From assembly GCF_001194135.2 (NCBI RefSeq), contig NC_068991.1, positions 39,097,134-39,138,122 on the forward strand: a stretch of 40,989 bases of DNA. The letters are read 5' to 3'. Each line of letters opens with the position of its first letter. Positions within the stretch are counted from its first letter, which is position 1. Shown here one piece after another: positions 1-12,047 of the stretch. Origin of the DNA: Octopus bimaculoides (Eukaryota). The position numbers were made by a program, and so were the translations under genes. Under the pieces are notes generated by a model. It was not told where the DNA came from and made no database searches. It saw nothing but the letters and a program-made list of their open reading frames with translations.

Positions 1-32
1 ATATATGCATGCATATGCATGTATATATTTAA

Positions 33-253
33 CCCTTTCATTACTGCATTTATTTTGAGATACTCTGTGTTTCTCTCAATTATTTTAGATATAACAAAGA
101 ATTTAGTAAAATAACTTAGTTATCATTAAGCTAGTGTTAGGAACATTAATTGTGACTAAGATTTGGTTAAAGATTTTAATTCAAAACTTATGAAAACAAG
201 ACATTTGTACTACAGAGCCAGAGCAAATTTCAGCTGGGTTGGTAACGGAAGGG
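33..253. mobile_element. piggyBac-like MITE (CCCTTT... terminal inverted repeats, TTAA-type target)
   Basis: Left TTAA|CCCTTTCATTAC (29-44); right GTAACGGAAGGG|TCAA (242-257); 10/12 inverted match; no ORF. Confidence 0.6.
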
Positions 254-744
254 TCAAATAGATAGATAGATAGATAGACTGGTTTGTAGGCAGACAGACA
301 GACATATCTTTTGCTCATCCCCTCTCATCCTTCTCCAGTCTACTGTATCATTATTACTATTCAGCTGTTCTTCATCCCCTCCTCTTTCTACACTGCCAGT
401 CATCTACTCTCCCCTACTTCTACCTATTCATATGCATCACTGGTCACCACCAGCTCTTATCCACCAATCACTACACCCATCCCTGAACCTTACCTAATTT
501 CTACTGTTGTTCCCTACTCTTCCCTACCTGCTATACTTGTCATTCCTCATCTTTTGTTCATTCATTATATTCACTCCTCCAATCCTATTCTCCATTTCTA
601 TTTCTCACTCTTTCTTGCAATCTTACAACCTTCACCCACCCATATTCCCTGTTCTCTTGTCCTCATTCATTTTTACTCCCCTTATATTTTCAGGATCCAC
701 CCTGACACCTTTACACCACTATTTTATCTTTTTTTTCCAGCTCC

Positions 745-895
745 ACCTCAGTTGGTGTGTTTATATCCCCATAACTTTGTGGTTTAGCAAAAAAGACTTA
801 TAGATTAAGTACCAGGCCTCCAAAAGAATAAGTCCTAGAGTCGATTTCTTTGACTAAAAGGTGGTACTCCAACATGGCTGCAGTCAAATGACTGT
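745..895 (+). mobile_element. 3' half of bipartite tRNA-SINE (family A)
   Basis: GTTGGTGTGTTTAT...AAGTACCAGG...CCAACATGGCTGCAGTCAAATGACTG matches 36278-36490 and, inverted, 7241-7440 and 21533-21728. Confidence 0.75.
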
Positions 896-1139
896 ATAAT
901 GACCATGCAAATACAAATAAAAAATACAAAAAGAGGATAAATGAGTATGAGTGCCAGAAGGGAAAGAGAGATACAACTGGTAGGTTTAAGAGAAGATTTT
1001 ATTGATATGTCAACATGTATGTATGTGTGAGTGAGTGCGACATATAAACATAATGATAGACAGGCTGTCATGTAAACAAAATGTATGTGTATACAAACGT
1101 GTGCGAGAAATACAGAACATAGAAAAGAGTCTATAAGGA

Positions 1140-1822
1140 TGTAAGAAGAAAGTCTAGACACAAGGGTGGTAAATACCAGTTTGTATTCAAGGTACACAGT
1201 GGTAGAGGTGCTGTAACAAGAAGTTGTGGCGGCAATGCAGAGCTGGGAAGAGGCATATGTCATGAGAAGTTGAGGCTTCAGCGCTGCGGCCGGTTACTTG
1301 GTACAGGAGGTCTCACAGGTTGTATTCACTGTTAACCATGGTGAAGTAATTCACAAACAGTGAGGTGATAGAACCTGTGCGGGTGCTGTTGGTGGTGTGT
1401 ACGTAGAGACATTGGTGTAGACACTAAGAAGCTGGAGGCGATGAAGATGGAGATCCTGAATGCTGGACGAAGTGTTGACAAGTCTCCATGTGCTGCAGTC
1501 GTGTCGTCGCTGGAACTGGCTGTGTGCCCTGTGGTCAGCGGCTAGACCTCAGAAGGTCTAGAGCCGAGAAGACTGATAAACTGTGACAGTGAAAAGTTAG
1601 CTATTTATACCATACTATCAGCTCAAACTGGGGTTCAGAAAAACTGTCTCACACAACCTTATCTGAAGGCTGCAATTAGTTGGGTTGCACCTTGGCGCAC
1701 AATAGAACAAGAGACAAAATGCGCCAATACCAACCAATCAGAGTGATGGACACAACAGGGTCCAAAAGTGCGGCCGAAGGCTAGCTGTTATCCACTACGT
1801 CCGTATTTACGTATATATAACA
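1140..1822 (-). mobile_element. Putative solo LTR
   Basis: GC- and CpG-richer island; minus strand starts TGTTATATA (1822) and can end ...TTACA (1140); CCAAT at 1724-1728 and 1734-1738; TATAAATA on minus at 1602-1609; no clear TSD, so the 1140 end is tentative. Confidence 0.5.
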
Positions 1823-2069
1823 GAGAGAGAGAGAAGTACACTACAACTGAAACAAGTAAAAGAATAAGAATATATATATATGTGTGTGTGTGTGTGTGTA
1901 ACCATTAATTCTGACGTTTTTTTTCTCTCTCTCCATTCTTTTTCCTCTCATCCCTTTCTGTTGAAGAGTGTAGGCTCAAAACATCAAAGACTTTTCTATT
2001 TTTCCCAAACATCAAACTGATACACATGCTTGTTGTTCCTTCACCTGTCTCCTTTTTTTCTGTACATTT

Positions 2070-2315
2070 GGACCATATGTGTGTGTGTGCTTGCATATGT
2101 GTGCATGTGTGAGTGTGAGTATATGTGTGTGTGTGTGGGTGTGTGTGTGTGTGTGTGTACAATTGGCTTTTCACAGTTTCTATCTACCAAATTCACTCAT
2201 AAGGCATTAGTTGGCCCATGGTTATAGTAAAAAGACACTTGCTCATGGTGCTGTGCAGTGAAATTGAACCTGAAATTGTTTGGCCATGAGGTAAATTCCC
2301 TAACCATGCAGCTAT
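2070..2315 (-). mobile_element. 5' half of SINE family A plus (TG)n
   Basis: Inverted homology to 18662-18823 (...AAGTGTCTT...GAATTTGGTAGATAGAAACTG) followed by (TG)n. Confidence 0.75.
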
Positions 2316-2801
2316 ATATGCACTTATTTAGTATTAGTATAATTAGCCCCCATAAGAAAAAAATAAATTTTGCAGTAAAGAACTTAAGCAACATCAGCAA
2401 TAACAACAACAACAATCAAGAAAACCAACCATCAGCTATCAGCACGTGAACTGACAACTAAATAGTTTATCAGGATTTTGCTTCAGCTGTCAATTTCTTC
2501 TTCTTATTTTTTATGAACATAGAACCCATGCCAGCATGGAAAATAGATATTAAAAGATGGATGTTAAAAGACAATGATAATGATGATGATGATGTTCCAT
2601 ACAAGAAATTGAAGTATTTAAAATCACAAGGCAAACAAACTTACTTTATGTAATAAACGTGAAAGAATAGAAAAACAGAAAAAGAAAATACAAAAATATT
2701 TTTCTTTTCTTTATCAATCTTCAGTAAAACATTATGACATTGTGGTGTAACTAGGCACTTAGTCATATATCACAACATGATATTTCTGCTCATAGACTCA
2801 C

Positions 2802-2861
2802 ATATTCTTTTACTCCACCAACCTCTCAATTCCAATATTTGTCCCTCTATGCCATTGGTTG
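2802..2861 (-). CDS. Candidate internal exon of unknown host gene (phase 1-1; TNGIEGQILELRGWWSKRI)
   Basis: Acceptor TTTTGTTTGCATAG, donor GTGAGT, 60 nt, only one frame open; no homology recognised. Confidence 0.25.
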
Positions 2862-3126
2862 CTATGCAAACAAAACTGTCATGTGACCATAGCAATAAAC
2901 ATAAATAATACTATAAAACCTGGTTTTCATCTACTAAAACTGATGTAAACTCATATATTACTATATATTACTCATACATGTTTTATAGATAAGTTACTGT
3001 TAACATATTAGTTAACAGGAAACATTAAAATAAATTAACTAAAAATATTTTGCAAGGAAGAAAAAATCCCAGTTTCTTTATCAGATACAGGGAATAATTC
3101 CCAATATATTTTGGTCTTATTCTTAC

Positions 3127-3159
3127 CTCATCAGAAAATCACAATATTCACCATATTTC
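3127..3159 (-). CDS. Candidate 33-nt exon (phase 2-2; KYGEYCDFLM)
   Basis: Acceptor TTCTTTTATCATTAATTCAG, donor GAG|GTAAGA, only one frame open. Confidence 0.25.
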
Positions 3160-3456
3160 CTGAATTAATGATAAAAGAATCAATAAGACTGTACATTTGT
3201 TGAAATGTGAAAGTAGAAATAAAATAATTCAGATTCCATCTGTATGGAATACTATATTTTATAGATTGGGTGGGATTTATGTAGAGAATTTCATAGTAGC
3301 AGAATGGCTGCAGTGATATGAAGTTTTTAAATTACAGTCTTTACCATGCAATAGCCACAACATTGATCCACTTCATGGGCTGCAATAGCCCCTTTGAATT
3401 AAAAATAATGAATCTTTATGTCACTTTAAAGCATTTGTTAGATTTTCAGAAGTGAA

Positions 3457-3590
3457 GGTACATGGCCTAATAGTTAGAGTGTTGGGTTTCCAATCATGAA
3501 ATCATAGGTTTAAATGCTGGATCAGATAGTATGTTGTGTCCTTGGTAAGGCACTTTATGTTGCTCCAGTCAACTCAGCCCCAAATGAGTA
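3457..3590 (+). mobile_element. tRNA-derived SINE (family E), truncated
   Basis: tRNA-like head then GTTGTGTCCTTGGTAAGGCACTT...TTGCTCCAGTCAACTCAGC...AAATGAGTA, homologous to 8057-8297. Confidence 0.7.
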
Positions 3591-3699
3591 CTAGTACTTA
3601 GTACTAGTGCACCCCATCTCTCTCTCTCTCTCTCCAATTATCTCATCCATGATGTTCCACTGAGTCAAGGAGGTAGGGTGTGTCCATCAATAGAGAATT

Positions 3700-4580
3700 T
3701 AAAACATCATCCAATGGAATTATTTATGCCAATCTTGTCCTCTTAAACAGCACAAAGACACAATCACAATATGGAACAAGAAAACATGGTACTCTTGTCA
3801 CCCCTTAACATTAACAGCACACAATTATAACCCTTGAGATTGCTACAAATGCTTGATTTCACCATTACTAAGGATGTTCCCTAGTGAACATAAAGCTCAG
3901 TATAGCAACAACATCTTTAAAACTGGCCTCCCTCTTCAGGATAAGAAAATACTTCAGTTACCAGCAATTATTGACACAGCTCTACAAAGTTCAATAGAAT
4001 ATTGCTCTCTCATTTGGGTCAGTGTTTGAAGGCAAAGCTGGTAGAATCATTAACCTACTGGACAAAATGCTTAGCTGCGATTTGACTTTATGTTTGACTT
4101 TCCTTTCATCCTTTCAGGATTGACAAAACAAGTGCCATTTGAGCATCAAGGTTGATGTAATTGACTAACCCACTCCCACCAAATTTTCTGGCCTTGTACC
4201 TATAATAGAAAGGATATTTGGGTCAGTACTGCTGTGACATAGATATGTATCCTTGGCCACATTCTGAGAAAGACTATACCACTGCTTGGCTTGGAATCAC
4301 TCCAACCTCTGACTCATAGCCATACTGCCTCTCCTCTCTACAGCTACTCAAATGGCCTCTGTTCTTCTGACTGGGCTCATACCACTTTCACTTTGACACT
4401 CCAAAATCACAGCCTAATCCTTCTCTTATTATCCATATTGTGTCTGCCCTACTCTCCAAATCTTGTCATGGCCTCTTCATTCTTTCTTTTCAGATGACCA
4501 TCCCTCTGGAATTTCTTTCCCTGCACACGTTTTTTGCAGCATTGGTCAACTTGCAATAGTTCAAATGTTCATAGTTCATT
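3700..4580 (+). mobile_element. Decayed CR1/L2-group LINE, RT C-terminal region, interrupted by a SINE
   Basis: Frameshifted peptides ANLVLLNSTKTQ, LDFTITKD, KLASLFRIRKYFSYQQLLTQLYKVQ, IEYCSLIW; after the SINE, SLQPLTH...YSNGLCSS, LWNFFP and NLQ*FK, typical of CR1/L2-type ORF2 ends. Confidence 0.75.
4024..4215 (+). mobile_element. tRNA-SINE family B with 12-bp TSD
   Basis: ATTTGGGTCAGT at 4012-4023 and 4216-4227; body homologous to 26482-26693. Confidence 0.85.
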
Positions 4581-4679
4581 AGTTTCACAAATTTTGAAGG
4601 TTCTAGAAAGACTGTAAACACATCCTGTTCTTCCAGATCAAATCATCAAAGCAAAAAATTTTTAAAAAACACCAATGAT

Positions 4680-4790
4680 TAATACAAGTACTAGGGTTGA
4701 TATAACTGACAATACCATAGAAGACAGCACTCCAGTATGGCCACAGTCCAGAGACTGGAACCAATGAAAGAAAAAGTAAACAAACAATTA
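4680..4790 (+). mobile_element. Degenerate 3' fragment of SINE family A
   Basis: AAGTACTAGGGTTGATAT...CACTCCAGTATGGCCACAGTC...GACTGGAACCAATGAAAG. Confidence 0.5.
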
Positions 4791-5158
4791 AAAAGAAAAA
4801 AGAAATGTTTTTTCTAAAATGCATAATTTACATAGATTATTATATAATATCATTTACCTTCATCATAAACAAATTAAGTACTTTTTTTTCTAGGTTGATA
4901 ACTAGAATTTTCAATGGCAATGTGCATAGTTGTTGCTTTGCCACTAAATGTCTGCCTTGAAATGAATGCCAGGCAGTCAGGCCATTTACAGGGCGGGCGT
5001 CAGACCAATCATTTCTCAGAACTAGGTTAATGAATCTGTCAGTTTTAGAAAGTATTATCTGGTGTCTAGCTTGGATAGCTTGGATGGTGAGCTGAATAGT
5101 AAAGTGCTGGACTTTCTTAAGAGGGAATCTGCATTCAAGTCCAGCCAGTGGTAGAAGT

Positions 5159-5219
5159 GGGGTGGGTTGGGGTGGGTGTTTGTGGCAGTGGTGGCGGCAG
5201 TGGTGGCGGCAGTGGCGGT
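5159..5219 (+). repeat. G-rich tract: G-quadruplex motif and 12-bp repeat next to a gap
   Basis: GGGG T GGG TT GGGG T GGG (5159-5176); GGCAGTGGTGGC x2 plus partial (5184-5219). Confidence 0.7.
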
Positions 5220-5280
5220 NNNNNNNNNNNNNNNNNNNNNNNNNNNNNNNNNNNNNNNNNNNNNNNNNNNNNNNNNNNNN
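5220..5280. other. Assembly gap (61 N)
   Basis: Run of N. Confidence 1.
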
Positions 5281-6204
5281 AACTATTAGCACTACTACAT
5301 GTAGTTCATCAGACAGTGATTGTTAATTAAATGCTCAGTAGAAAGCACACAAGGCTAGAGAAAGCTAGAGAATGTCATGGTTGGAAACTGGTGGCCAAGA
5401 CCCACAATGCAGACACCCTACTTTAATGATCTGTCATGGACTGAATGCCAATTACATGATGAAGTTGAAACTGCCAGTAGCTTTTTTTTTTTTGTTTGTT
5501 TTTAATGGTTTACTGACTATGGATAATATCAAAATAGAAAATTAAGTGTATATTTTGTGTGTGTATGTATATATGTATTTGTGTATGGAAGAAAAGAGTA
5601 TCATAATTCTGAGCTATTTTGAGAATTTATTTTACAGAAACTGGCTAAGGAATTCACTTAGGAACCATGTGATGAGGAGTTCATATACATGTGTACATGT
5701 GGGTGTGTTTTGTTTCCATGAATTCATATAAGTATTTCTGATTGTATACAAAGGCTTTGCTGCTCATACCAGCCAAGAACATGGATGTTAAATGACAATG
5801 ATGACAATGAAGACAATGATGATGATCTTTATGTGTGTATATATTTGTGAAACCAGTTAAGACTTTAAATAAAAAAATTGAAATGAATTCCAATGCATTT
5901 TCCTGACAACATTCAGCAGTTAAAAATGGTTCCCATGTTCGATATAAAGGCAAGTCTCTCATAGGTTTTTCCCTGAAAGAATATTTAAGTCCTGCAAGCA
6001 AATGCAATAATTGCAAATTATAGTTTTCTCCACATTCCCTATTTTTAGTGATTGATTATACTTCCTCATAGTACCTATTTACACACAGATGGATAGGGCC
6101 ATTGACACTTAAATGTTATTGGGGAGTTTTTTTTTTTTATCAGGATCACAATACAAAACTGGTAACAATGTTTGACCAGTCAATAATATCTATAAATATA
6201 GCTA

Positions 6205-6463
6205 TTCACCATCATCGTTGTCATTGTGATTGTCATCATTACCACTGTCATCGTTGTTGTTGTCATCAACATCATCATCATTGATGCATCTGCTTTTCAT
6301 ACTGGCCTGGGTTGGTTGATAAGGCAGGATCCAACAAGTCAGAGGACCATGTCTCTCTCCTGTGTCTCAGTTTTAGCTTGGTCACTATGGCCAGATGTCC
6401 TTCCTAACACCAACCACTTTACAGAATGTACTGAGTGCTTTTTTTTCATGGCACTGGCACTAG
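6205..6463 (-). mobile_element. RTE-LINE 3' tail fragment (family F) with (GAT)n tail
   Basis: Inverted match to GTTGGCATTAGGAAGGGCATCC core; degenerate (CAT)n at 6205-6281. Confidence 0.7.
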
Positions 6464-7240
6464 TGAGGTTGTCTTGTTACTCACAAGACTACAATGTGTC
6501 TATTAAATTTTAAAGAACTATCAGTAGTTGAGTTATGCCTCCAAACACTGAATTAAAGTGTTAGGCAATTGTATTTTGTTAGTAACTCTGCACAATGTCC
6601 CTCTTGACTATCAATGTGTCAGCACACCAATATGTAATTGGGTATGTAAGGTGTGTTGGTTCACCACTGCCAGTTGCATTTCATTAGCTTGGAATATTGA
6701 CTTCATTTCTTTCCATGGGCGGAGCAAAAAGAAAGCTGTTTCCCAAATCACATCCCATTAGTTTCACCTATAAATAATAAGAGTAGACACTATTGATGGT
6801 TACCACCAATCATAAACAGTCAAAGTAATTGACTGACTTGGGTGATAAGAGGCAAATTGACAGATTAAACTTTTAGGTCAAGGACTCTAGTTTGAATTTA
6901 CACCAACAGCAATAACCTTATATTGACGTGGGGCTAAACAGCTGCAATATTATAAATATGCTCATTATAAGTACATGTACCAAAGTGAGGTATCATATTT
7001 AATGGCATATAAGATGTACTTTTTTCCAGAAATATCTTTCAAGAAATCTCACTCTTGGTCTACTTGCAAGATTACTTTAAATATTACATACTTTAATGCA
7101 GTAAAAACTTTACTTGAATGTGCACTGCTGCAATTAGGGTGCATCTGATATGCCCATGCATCTTTTATGCCATCAAATATAGTATATTCAAGGTTATCTA
7201 CATGTACTCAGTGTAACAGTATAAGCATGTTCATTATAAA

Positions 7241-7445
7241 TCTTATCTTTTATCTTTTGTTTCATACTGGAGCACTGCCTTGGAGAATTTTTTAGTTGAA
7301 TGAATCAACCCCAGGACTTATTTTCTAAGCCTGGTACTTAATCTCTTGGTCTCTTTTGCTGAGCTGCTAAGTTACAGGGACATAAACACACCAGCGCCAG
7401 TTGTCAAGCAGTGGTAGGGCACGAACACAGACACAAAGGCGCGCG

Positions 7446-7504
<59 letters not shown>

Positions 7505-7669
7505 ATGACAGGGTTCTTTTCAGTTTCTGTCTACCAAATCCACTCACAAGGTTTTGGTTGGTCTGAGGATATAGCAGAAGGCACTTGCCTTAGGTGCTAC
7601 ACAGTGGGACTGAACCCACAACCATGTAGTTGGGAAATAAGCTTCTTACTACACAACCACACCTGCACC
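7241..7669 (-). mobile_element. Full-length bipartite SINE family A with internal (TG)n
   Basis: tRNA head (7669-7505), microsatellite (about 7440-7505) and 3' domain (7440-7241); same layout at 21533-21950. Confidence 0.85.
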
Positions 7670-8056
7670 ATACACAGCCATGCATGCACCATAAATGTTA
7701 GTATTACATGGATTACATGTGCTCAACATAACCATGTAAACATGTTCATTGGTATACTTGTAAAATATGCAACCCAAGGTTTTTATTTATTTTCAATTTC
7801 TTTTCTCTCCTAAATTTTTTCAACAATGGAGATTATTGCTTTTGCCAAAAAATAATGTTTGAAAATTTCAATTCCTATCCTTAAATTTTTGTTTTATCAC
7901 TTTCAAAAATTGTTTTTTTACATATATATAATTCTATGTATAGAAATATAAAGATTATGATTTTGAAAAGATATTTTTGAAAATTCCAATATCTTTAAAA
8001 TTTCTTCCTTCTCTCAGCTTTTGGAATACTTACCCTCACCCCACTCCACCCAATGT

Positions 8057-8297
8057 GGAGGCACAAGGCTTAGTGGTTAGGGAGTTGGACTCATGACTGT
8101 AAAATTGTGGTTTCGATTCCTGGACTAGACAATGTGTTGTGTTCTTGAGCAAAACATTTCATTTCTCATTGCTCCAGTCCACTCAGCTGGCAAAAATGAG
8201 TAATCCTGTGACAGACTGGCATCCCATCCAAGTGGGGAATTTGTATGCCCTGAAACTGGGAAACCAGCCCTTATGAGTCAGCATGACTTGAGAAGGT
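8057..8297 (+). mobile_element. tRNA-derived SINE family E
   Basis: A box TAGTGGTTAGG, B box GTTTCGATTCC, central GTTGTGTTCTTGAGCAAAAC...TTGCTCCAGTCCACTCAGCTGG. Confidence 0.8.
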
Positions 8298-8712
8298 TTC
8301 CCCCCCCTCACCTCAACACCAACTTGACAAAAGTTTTCAAACTCATGCATTTATTTGCATGTGTTTGGATGTCTACTAAACCAGTAGATGGCAAGGGAGA
8401 AGGAGGTTTCAGTATGACCACATGACATGCTAGAAATAACAAAGCTAAATCTCCTTCAAAGTATGCACCTTTCTGCCTTATAAAATCAAGGATACATTGG
8501 AAAACATTGTCCAACATACAGCAAAATATAGTAATTACAACTCTGTAAAAAATATGTTTTACAAACTTGACATTTTAAAAAATCTCACTCTTTCCACAAC
8601 TTTTGAAATACAGACAATTGCTTGACAGAAATAAGGAATACAATATCATTTGTCCCTCAGCATCCACCACTAATACGACTGAAATATTAGGGAAATATTT
8701 TGTACCTCTTTA

Positions 8713-8930
8713 AGGATGCAAGCTGGCAAAATCATTAGCATGCCGGACGAGATGCTTGCAACATTTTGTCTGTTGTTACGTTCTGAGTTCAAATTCTGCT
8801 GTGGTCAACTTTACCTTTCATCCTTTCGAGGTCGGCAAATTAAGTACCTGTGAAACATTGGGGTCGATGTAATGGACTATTTTAAATTTCAGCCCTTATG
8901 CCTTTAGTAGAAAGGATTATTATCATTATT
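8713..8930 (+). mobile_element. SINE family B (first of tandem pair)
   Basis: AGCTGGCAAAATCATTAGC...GAGTTCAAATTC...AGAAAGGATTATT. Confidence 0.85.
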
Positions 8931-9150
8931 GAGATAGAGAGCTAGCAGAATTGTTAGCATGCTAAGCAAAATGCATAGCGGCATTTTGTTAGTCTTTACA
9001 TTCTGAGTTCAAATTCCAGTGAGGTTGACTTTGCCTTTCATACTTTCAAGGTCAATAAAGTATGTACCAGTTGAGTACTGGGTTCGATGTAATTGACTTA
9101 CCCCCCCCCCACCTAAATTGCTGGTTTTGTGTAAAAAATTGAAATCAATA
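8931..9150 (+). mobile_element. SINE family B (second of tandem pair)
   Basis: Head-to-tail repeat of the preceding copy, with the alternative 3' end TTGAAATCAATA. Confidence 0.85.
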
Positions 9151-9423
9151 CCTTGTATGCCTTTCTTTATTAACAATAAGGTGAAATAGAGTTTGCAGTT
9201 TTATAATTTCCTCTCATCCATCTCTCACTCACTTCTCACTCTCACAAGAACTTACTTATCCACTCATGCCACTTCTCTTTATCCACCTAGCTGTAATTTG
9301 AGGGTGAGCCCTGGCATACTTTCTTCCTTCTCTTCCAAATGGGGTAACCCTGCATCTCCTCTATAGCAAGTCACTATCGTACTATGCATCCACTTCAGTT
9401 AAGGCATATTGTTTTGTGAATTC

Positions 9424-9745
9424 CATGGCACTAGCTGGCACTAGTGGTAAGCCTACTGGTGCCAGTACTACATGAAAAACATCCGGTACACCCTATAAAG
9501 TCGTTGGCATTAGGAAGGGCATCCACCTGTTGAAAGCATGCCCTCCTGTCAAACTATCCGACCTGTGACAGCATGGAAAGCAGATGTTAATTGATGGTGG
9601 TGGAGGTGGTGATGATGACGATAATGACAATGATGATGATGATGATGACAACAATGGTGATTACAATGATGGTGATGACGATAGTGATGACAAGGAGGGG
9701 GGAGGAGGAGGAGGAGGAAGACAATGATGAGGATGATGATGATTC
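9424..9745 (+). mobile_element. RTE 3' tail fragment (family F) with expanded degenerate (GAT)/(GGA) tail
   Basis: GTCGTTGGCATTAGGAAGGGCATCC...AGCATGGAAAGCAGATGTTAA followed by GAT-rich tract. Confidence 0.7.
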
Positions 9746-10384
9746 TGCTTACTTTGCCATGGTGTTGGGCAAAATTTAAAAGTTTCATATCATCTTAATT
9801 TTCTGAGTCATGGCAATTTGTTCAACTTTTTTGCAAATCTTCACAAGCTCACTTTGGTAGAGATGGTACCGTCCAATGAGAAACACTGCATTAGCACTTT
9901 TTTCAAACTGTTACTATTGCACCACCACTCAATTTTCCTTTCACCCAAGATGAAAGCATTCAACAGATTATTATACAATTTCAGTTTACTGGAGAGGTTC
10001 TTTCCTCAGTTGTTACAATACAGTGGTTCTCATATTGATAAATCTTCTCCACCTGTTCTAAAATATATGGGAAATATTTTACACACTTTCCTTTATTAAC
10101 AAGAAGATCAATTAGAATTTGTCTCTATTTAATTCTTGTTTCTTTGCCATGGTGCTGTACAAGTTTTAAACACTTCAAATTGTCTCTAAAAAACCAACAC
10201 AAAGACACATGTAAACTTTTACACAACATCAAAATAGTAATTTAATGTAAATTTGAGCAATAAAAGATTGATTATTTTCTTCAAAAGATGCATCTGATAG
10301 ACTTGCAGTTGGAGTGGTATACATATTCAATAGGTTTGTCAGTTTTAGTGAGTTCATTATAAGTATACCTTGTCTTTTATATGT

Positions 10385-10615
<231 letters not shown>

Positions 10616-10749
10616 GCAGATGTTAAATGATGATGATGATGATGATGGGGATGATGTATATTTATATTTATATACACACAAGGTTGTCAGAGAAAATAGT
10701 GTTCATATGTAGAAAATGCACAGGAGCCATAAAAATTACAGATACTCAG

Positions 10750-11498
10750 GAGATTGAGTTTCTCAAATACCCTGGAGGCTCTTTTAGAAGTAGTGGATAA
10801 TTTCTACTACCTAGGGGACCAAATTAGTCGTGGGGAAGGATGTACGGAAAGTGCAAAAGCTAGAATAAAAACAGGATGGAGAAAATTCAGAGAGCTTTTA
10901 CCTCTGTTGGCAACCAAAGGTCTCTTCCTCTATGGGAAAGGAAGATTGTATGATGCATGTATATGAACAGCAATTCTACATGGTAGTGAGACATGGGCTC
11001 TGAATGCAGAGGATATGTGAAAGCTAGAGCGAAATGAGGCTCGTATGTTCCACTAGAGCCAATCATTCAAAGTGGATGAAATTCATGGAAGAGGAAAGAC
11101 CAAGGAAGACATGGGACGAAGTACAAAAGGATGATCCCAACTCACTGAACCTTATGGAGGAGATTACTAAGGACCAAGATATCTGGCTCCTTGCTTTATT
11201 CATGGAGACCTGTCCTCCATAGCAGAACTGTTAATGCTGCTCCCCTGATAAAGACGATTGGCTAGCAAGAGCCCTGTGCCAGTGCCATGTAAAAGCACTC
11301 ATGCCAGTGGCATGTTAAAAACACCCAGCACACACTGTAAAGGGGTTGGCATTAGGAAGGGCATCCAGCAGTAGAAACCAAGCCGAATCAGACTGGAACC
11401 TGGTGCAGCTCTCCTACCATTCAACCCATGCCAGCATTGAAAACAGAAGTTAATAAATGATGAGGATGACAATGACAACAACAACAATGACGATGATG
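10750..11498 (+). mobile_element. 5'-truncated, internally deleted RTE-clade LINE
   Basis: VDNFYYLGDQI...ARIKTGWRKFRELLPLL.TKGL...KGRLYDACI*TAILHGSETW and C-terminal RPRKTWDEV; followed by the family F 3' UTR and GAT/CAA tail. Confidence 0.85.
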
Positions 11499-12047
11499 TT
11501 TTCTTTGTCATACACTCTATGTATGTATGTATGTATGTATGTCTGTATGTATGTGTGTTTGCGTACATTAGTATAATAGAAAGTTGTTCATTCAAAGTGT
11601 GCTACACATGTTTAGTGTAACAATATGAGTGATTAAATAATAATTTAATAAAGTGATTTATTTAAAGTAAATCATAATTCCATTCCATTTAGATTTACAT
11701 TATTATATGCATTAGCAACCAGGCTAAATTATTGCCATTGAATTTCAGTTACAATAGGGTGTCAAACAGTGTAGGTGTCCTGAGAAGAGTTTCAAATGTG
11801 ATTAAGCATGAGCTAGCATAGGTTCAGTAAATGCATTTATGAACAAAAGAAAGAGCATCTCTTAAAAACATAGAAAAAAATATTTATAAGCAACTGCAGC
11901 AATATTAATACTGAGAGGTAATATTTATTCCCACCTAAATGAAGATAGTGGATGTTCTTTTAGAACAAACTATACTGCGGTAGATACCATGAGAGAAACT
12001 CTAATATAGGCTTTTAGTGCAAAATGCACTCTTATTTGTATTGCTAG

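Noticed and set aside
311-803. 158-aa and 98-aa plus-strand ORFs
   Set aside because: C/T-rich low-complexity sequence depleted of stop codons; the peptide is compositionally biased and its end runs into a SINE
8057-8130. tRNA-like sequence with A and B boxes
   Set aside because: Continues into a SINE body and has no proper cloverleaf; SINE head, not a tRNA gene. The same applies to the other SINE heads
9549-9788. His-rich and Met/Asp-rich ORFs
   Set aside because: Translations of the degenerate (GAT)n tail of an RTE fragment
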